DNA of 42,405 nucleotides from Octopus sinensis (lineage: Eukaryota): contig NW_021826207.1 of the NCBI RefSeq assembly GCF_006345805.1, forward strand, positions 1-42,405. Reading direction: 5' to 3'. A program made the position numbers and the translations under genes. Below are positions 35,808-42,405 of this stretch, one piece after another. Under the pieces are notes generated by a model. The model had not been told where the DNA came from. It searched no databases and worked only from the letters and a program-made list of their open reading frames with translations. Position 1 is the stretch's first letter; the number at the start of each line of letters is the position of its first letter.

Positions 35808-36217
35808 AACTTCTGTTTCAAAGCTCATTTAAGATTCAATAATATTACGCACACAGTTACATCCACAGAAATCGTATAATTATATGCTTTGGTTTGGGTC
35901 TTAACTTCTGACGAGGTAGTCGTGATATGCGGCACATCACCGACATTACTACATCTGACGGTAGCCATCACAAATCAGACCTTGTTAACGCGGGATTATT
36001 CCGGAAAACAGAAAAAAAGATAACACAGAAAGAAGGAGAGATAAAGAAGAATCTGACACAGTTTAAAATTGGTATTTTGTTCTTTTTTTTTTATCTTCAA
36101 ATATAACAATAACACAAATCAATACCAGGCTGTATTTAACCTGCGAATACAAAGAACAAGGCCTATTATCTCTGACCAATCCATGCGACATCAACGTCGG
36201 CCGCATTCCTCCACTCA

Positions 36218-36486
36218 TATCCTTTTATCCTTTTACTAGCTTCAGTTATTAGATTGCGACCCTGCTAGAGCACCACCTTGTGGAGCTTAATTCGAATAAA
36301 TCAAACCTAAGAATTATTTTTTTAAGCCTAATACTTATCTTATTCCATCAGGCTTTCTTTGCTGACACGCTAAGTTTTGGGGACATAAACACACCAACAC
36401 CGATTGTCAAGCGGATGATGGATGGGGTGGGGACAAACACAGCTACAAAATCACACACACTCATAGGTATATACCTATACATACAT

Positions 36487-36543
<57 letters not shown>

Positions 36544-36700
36544 CAACGGGCTACTTTCTTTTCTCTTTCCATCTACCAAATTTACTCACGAAGATTTAGT
36601 GGGCCCGAGGCTACAGTAGAAGACACTTGCGCAATGTGTCATGCAGTGGGACTGAACCTGGAACCATGTTGTTGGTAATCAAGCTTCCTAAGCACACATA
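36218..36700 (-). mobile_element. SINE family B, diverged
   Basis: GGCCCGAGGCTACAGTAGAAGACACTTG..GCAGTGGGACTGAACCTGGAACCATG; tail CGATTGTCAAGCG. Confidence 0.85.
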
Positions 36701-36707
36701 CAGGCAC

Positions 36708-36739
<32 letters not shown>

Positions 36740-36815
36740 TCACACACATATATATATATATATATATGCACATGCATACACGTATATAAAAACATGCACA
36801 CACATCCACACACAC

Positions 36816-36846
<31 letters not shown>

Positions 36847-36918
36847 GACGCATAAACGCATATGCATACACATAAACACATACATATGCATACACATATA
36901 CACACACACAAACACACA

Positions 36919-36962
<44 letters not shown>

Positions 36963-38278
36963 TGCTGTGTTACACTCAAACAGACACCCACATATTCATA
37001 TAACCATAGGGCATATGGTCATAAATGAAACGCAGCTTAGATGAAGCGTTCAGAGATATAGAAAATTTCTACGTACATACACATACGTGGTTCTGTGCAA
37101 GTAAGTACTCATTTTCTTAAATACATATAAAATGCCTAGACACTTGCAGCATAGACAAACATATACATATTCATTCACACAATTCTATGTTACAGTAGAG
37201 TGAAGAAATTGCGATGTATTGTTGTTTTCTAGCAGTCGAATGCATCCATGTAGATAAATGTTTAAAATTAAATATTCATTAGATCAGAAGAGACTGAAGC
37301 AGATAGAGTTTTACTGCGTAGAAAGCAAACAAATATAAAGTAATTATTCTTTATTTTTATTTATTATTTGTCTGTTTCTTTTTATGTATTCTTGAAATTA
37401 GTAGTTTATCTAACACGAACAATGGGATTGCAGAATGTCTAAACGAGATTACTGAATGATGGAGGGAAAAGTCCAAGTTTTCCAAGAGAACTTTTGTTTC
37501 CGTGTGTATCTAATAAAATATATCGACAGACAAATCCTTCTGCGATTTCAATGCTTATAATCAAAGGCTCCTATGCATATACATGCGTATATTCAAAGGC
37601 TCCTATACATTAGGTGAAATACTTTTTAAACAATTCGTCTGTATTCGTAAGCCTAAAATGCGTTTAGCTATATTCGTTTTGTATAGCATTATTTTAATCT
37701 GGAATTCAGAGCGTATGCTAGTATTTTAACTAAATGACAATATAGAAAATAGTATTTAGTCTTACACGTAATAGGAATATCATAGACAATAAGGGTCTGA
37801 AGCTATTCATAAAACCCAAAGCTTATATTCACATACGCTAAAAGAGAACTTCAGATCACACAATAATGTATAACATTGAATGCGATTATGATGCTTACCA
37901 GTGTAACAGTGTGAATAGCTTTATTTTTCATCGGTATCACGATTAATTTTATTTGTTAATAGTCTGACAATTAACTTTATCATTTTCGTGATAACACATT
38001 TGCTATTATTCTCACGTTTCTTTCTTGAAATATACGTTAAGTTACACGTTTTAAAAACGACGAAATCTATCAAGGATTTTTGTCAGTTCATAAAGACTAG
38101 AAACGTTCTCGGAAGATTACTAACACATTCTATAAATATACAGACAAATACAGGTATATCAGATATTATAAAACATAAATTCTCGATTAATTAAAATTAT
38201 ATTCGGCTCTAAAGAATGCATCATAATTAACAAATGACAATTATGAACAACACTTTAGAAGGTGAGAAAATTCAAGGA

Positions 38279-38488
38279 TTCTCCAAAACTGACATACTAT
38301 TAAGGAAAAGAAGAGGTTTGTTTCCGAAGATAAGGGAACAAACACGGACACGTGATTCTAACTCCACAGTGTCATCCGCACGACAAGTGACTGAACTTAT
38401 CTCCATTAGGAATGGGACTCAGACTTATAAAGCAAAAGAGAAGGAAACAAACGTATCCTTTTCCTAAGAGTATGTCAACTCTGGAGAA
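38279..38488. mobile_element. Small MITE-like element with ~47-bp imperfect inverted repeats
   Basis: TTCTCCAAAACTGACATACTATTAAGGAAAAG..GTTTGTTTCC vs GGAAACAAAC..CTTTTCCTAAGAGTATGTCAACTCTGGAGAA. Confidence 0.7.
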
Positions 38489-38745
38489 GTTTTTTAGATT
38501 ATTGCCCCTTCACAAGTGGAATTAGTCCAAATAACCATTTGGTAATTATGATACCACTAAAGTTGAAAATAATTATGATAAATTTGAGAATTTATCGTAT
38601 TGCATTAAATATAGCTGTATTTCCCTATATCGTTAAAAACTAGCGCTGGTTACTCTCAGTTTTTTTTCCGTTTGGCCATTTCTGTTTGAATTATCCTTAT
38701 ATATATATTTATATTTATATTATATATATATATTATTATATATAT

Positions 38746-38839
<94 letters not shown>

Positions 38840-39212
38840 TGCTTCATCCCTTTTTCAAACTTGGAGTACGCTAAAGTTATTCAAAATATGATATCCACAC
38901 TTGTAGGAGGAAATATAGGAATTTATACTCTTAAATATACTCTATACACATTTGAAGTCATGTTGCCCTGTGCCATAAAACCACTTTTCAATTTATTTTG
39001 ATTTGGCAAATTCATTCTGCGACCAGCGATGATCGTCGAATCACAAAATATTCACATGCCGTGGATTTTAAATGATTTTTAATGTTCCGAATCACGTGGT
39101 TCGTGCATTCATCTGAAGAAAGCAGTTTTTTTCTAATGATATAATATACCCGTGAATCAATTAAAACATTCGTTGGAAATATCTGTCGTGAATTGACACC
39201 TATCCATCGTTT

Positions 39213-39228
39213 GTATCTATCTATCTAC

Positions 39229-39315
<87 letters not shown>

Positions 39316-39320
39316 CCTAC
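39213..39320. repeat. (ATCT)n microsatellite
   Basis: Direct reading. Confidence 0.95.
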
Positions 39321-39385
39321 CAAATTGCCTGTTTGTCTGCCTGCTTGCTTGAATGTCTGCCTGTATATATGTATGTAAGTATGTA

Positions 39386-39421
<36 letters not shown>

Positions 39422-39538
39422 GTGTGTGTGTGTGTTTGTGTGTGTGTATGCGTGTTTATGTTTGTGAATATATATATACATTTCGGTAGAAATATAAACA
39501 CGCATACATATATATGTGATTACATATGTATACGTATG

Positions 39539-39593
<55 letters not shown>

Positions 39594-40618
39594 TATGTAT
39601 ATATGTACACTTATATGTGTATGTGTATATATATATATATATATAATATATATATATATATAATATTATATATGTGTGTGTGTTGTATGTATTATATATG
39701 TACACTTATATGTGTATGTGTTATATATATATTATATATATATATATATATTTATATAGTGTGTGTATGTGTGTGCGCATGTATGTATTAGACAGCTGCA
39801 CTTGTTTTGCTCTTGTAGTGGGATTTCAACAGTCACTCAATAACCTGTTTAATTGTCCGCAAAGACATTGCTTAGAAAACCACCATTACTAAGATCTGAA
39901 GTAATTCGAGTAAAGCAATTTGGACATAACACACTTGTTTCAGCTAGATTGAGACACATACACACGGAAATTACATACGATTATCCGATGTGAATCTGTC
40001 TCCAACAAGACCACGCTATTTTTTCTAACAGCTTGTCGTGCCAGTATGCATACGTATACATATATGTATGTGTTCTCCTGTTCTCGTGTACACACACACA
40101 CACAACACACATATATTATATACATATATATGGATGTATGCTTGTGTTTGTGTATGAGCGTCTGTGATGTAAGATATGGTGTGTATGAATGTATATATGT
40201 GTTCGTTTATGTATATATATATATATATATATGCGTGTGTGTGTATGCTCGAATTATCGTGTTGCCCCTTAAGAATTTGCATAAACAGCATTATACTACC
40301 AACACATTATTGAAACATTAAAATGATTTAAAAAAATATAAAACGAATTCTCCTTTGGTCTCTCTTTCCCATTTACTTTCAACGAATTTCCCCAAAGGAT
40401 TGCAAAATAAAAGAAAAAAAGATTAAAATTTCTGATTGCGTCGTAACCTGGGAATCTAGCTTTAAAAAAAGTTTTAAAGCAAACTTCAGCTGCATAATAT
40501 AACCTCCTATAATAGGATGTATTCGTTTTGATGTTAGTATCGAATGAGATATGTATTATGTATGATTTGAAGAGAGGCGATCTCTGTGCATGTTTTAACG
40601 GAGCTGTGTGTAAGTGTT

Positions 40619-40922
40619 GTGGAGGCACATGACCTAGTGGTTAGAACAGCGGACTCGCAGTCGAGGGATCGCGGGTTCGAATCTCGGACCGGGCGATGCG
40701 TGTGTTTATGAGCGAAACGCCTAATCTCCACGTGGCTCCAGCAGAAGGTAATGGCGAACTTCTGCTGACTCTTTCGCCACAACATTCTCTCTCTCTTTCC
40801 TCCTGCACCTTGCAGCTCACCTGCGACGGACCGGCGTCCCGTCCAGGTGGGGAACCTATACGCCAAGGAAACCGGGAAACCGGCCCTATTGAGCCAGCAT
40901 GGCTCGAAAAGGAACAAAGAAC
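40619..40922 (+). mobile_element. Chimeric SINE (C head + E tail), probable 11-bp TSD
   Basis: Head matches 28151-28330 (B-box GGTTCGAATCTC); tail CCTGCGACGGACCGGCGTCCCGTCCAGG; GTGTAAGTGTT 40608-40618 vs GTGTATGTGTT 40923-40933. Confidence 0.85.
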
Positions 40923-41283
40923 GTGTATGTGTTAACGGATCTATATATGTGTGTATGTGTGTGCGTGTGTATTAGTATACTTTGGCGTACAACATCAGTA
41001 ATTCGCCATAAAATAAATCAGCTTAGACATTAAGAATTTGTTGTGTAACCAGTGAAATTTCAGGGTACGGCTACACTATACAACATCCAGTTACGTTCCA
41101 AAATATCCACCCGCATTAGGTAAAAGTCTGCGAAGTAGAATTATACACACATAAAATGTCTTGTGTGTACAAAAATATGTACGGGTGCTGCTGTTAAATT
41201 TTTACTATCTGGCACACACGGTTTCCATCCTGTATGGAAGTTAAGTAACAATTAATTTCTATATAAATCCCATAAAAAATATC

Positions 41284-41595
41284 CCCACTTCGCCCGTTAT
41301 AACGAAGAGTGTTGCAGTTGATCCAAGCAACGAAACACCCTGGTCATGAAATTAACGTGCAATTGAATGGGCGCTGAACAAATACGCGTACCCAAAGTTC
41401 AAAGTTCGAAGTTCAAAGTTCAAAGGTAGAGTTAGCGTAGCGAAGAATGTGACGAGGTTGGCCCTTTGAATTTCAGGTACAACTCACTTTTCCAAGCTGA
41501 ATGTAGATTGCAGCCAAGTGACTTGTTCAAAGTCACATGGCATCGCCATAAATCGTCTCGTGATCTTACAATCGTGACCCCAATACCCTAACCGC
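41284..41595 (-). mobile_element. Old chimeric SINE (D head + C tail) with internal (CAAAGTT)n
   Basis: Minus GGTTAGGG..TGTGACTTTGAACAAGTCACTT..CATTCAGCTTGGAAAAAGTGAGTTGTACCTGAAATTCAAAGGGCC..GCACGTTAATTTCATG. Confidence 0.7.
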
Positions 41596-41976
41596 ACACA
41601 CAGGCCGCTTGCGCACGGACACATACATATACTCACATTCACACACACACACATACACACAAACACAGAAATGCACACACTGACACATACACAAATGCAC
41701 ACACATACACACACAAACGCATAAAGATACACGCACACAAACGCACACAGATACACACAAACGCACACAGATACACACATACACACACATACGCTCTATC
41801 TCTCTCTCTCTCACACACACACGTGCGCGTATACATATTCTTAGAGATGGTAGTCTTAACATCTGATAATGAAATAAGAAAAAGTAATATAAATTAATTG
41901 CATCATATTTTGGATGAGATTCACCTGCTGATGCGCTGTTTTCCTTTCATATAGGCGGGAATTCTTTGAACGCATA

Positions 41977-42018
41977 ACCAACACCGGTTGTCAAGAAATG
42001 AGTGACAAACACACAGAC
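41977..42018 (-). mobile_element. SINE family B internal fragment
   Basis: ACACCGGTTGTCAAG..GACAAACACACAGAC. Confidence 0.5.
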
Positions 42019-42405
42019 ATGCAGACAGATATATACTTACATATAACTTATTTATAAGGATTCATTAACAGTCAAGGCACCTCAGCATGTAAGACGCCAG
42101 AAAATGGCTAGGTACAAAGACAAGGAGCCCGCAGTCAAACAAAATTAAATTTTACACTGCAACTCTTTGCAGGATAACGTAAATATACAAATAACAAATC
42201 GATTTTTTAACGTCGATCCGATTAGCCAGTAAATCCTTGGTGTGACGTAAGCATAAAATAGAAAACACAAATGGCTTTTAAAATTTACGACGGCTGTTTC
42301 AGGAGAATTTTATTTAATAAAGTTGTAGAACATTATGTCATGATATACAATCCACCCTCATCCTACCCGTTTAAAATCTTATCTGATGATCGTGGAATAT
42401 ATATA

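Noticed and set aside
35908-35958. CTGACGA followed by GAGGTAG (let-7-like seed) in an imperfect hairpin
   Set aside because: No GAAA after the stem, so it is not a hammerhead. The sequence departs from the highly conserved let-7 after 8 nt and the hairpin is bulged.
40032-40043. Possible 12-nt microexon after TTTTCTAACAG
   Set aside because: The donor CCA|GTATGC is weak, and such signals occur often by chance in 42 kb.

Overview
AT-rich, microsatellite-dense eukaryotic non-coding DNA, most likely an octopus intron or intergenic region. The host is inferred from composition and from recurring tRNA-derived SINE families that resemble octopus repeats as I recall them. No host protein-coding exon can be supported, and nearly all listed ORFs are read-through of (TA)n/(CA)n/(AAT)n arrays or SINEs. 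The window holds about 27 SINE copies or fragments (working labels A-E, my own names) with head and tail modules that are visibly swapped. It also holds a decayed R4/Dong-type LINE 3' end, several MITE/foldback palindromes, a local ~290-bp duplication, and short Penelope-terminus-like elements carrying hammerhead-ribozyme motifs. Highlights: (1) a type-I hammerhead with intact core and extended helix I at 35488-35557 (-), inside a structured element bounded by 26-bp direct repeats with 347-bp period (retrozyme/Penelope-like); (2) six more minimal, partly decayed hammerhead motifs whose helices co-vary between subfamilies; (3) a pre-miRNA-like hairpin at 12318-12418. All alignments and folds were done by eye, so boundaries are approximate.
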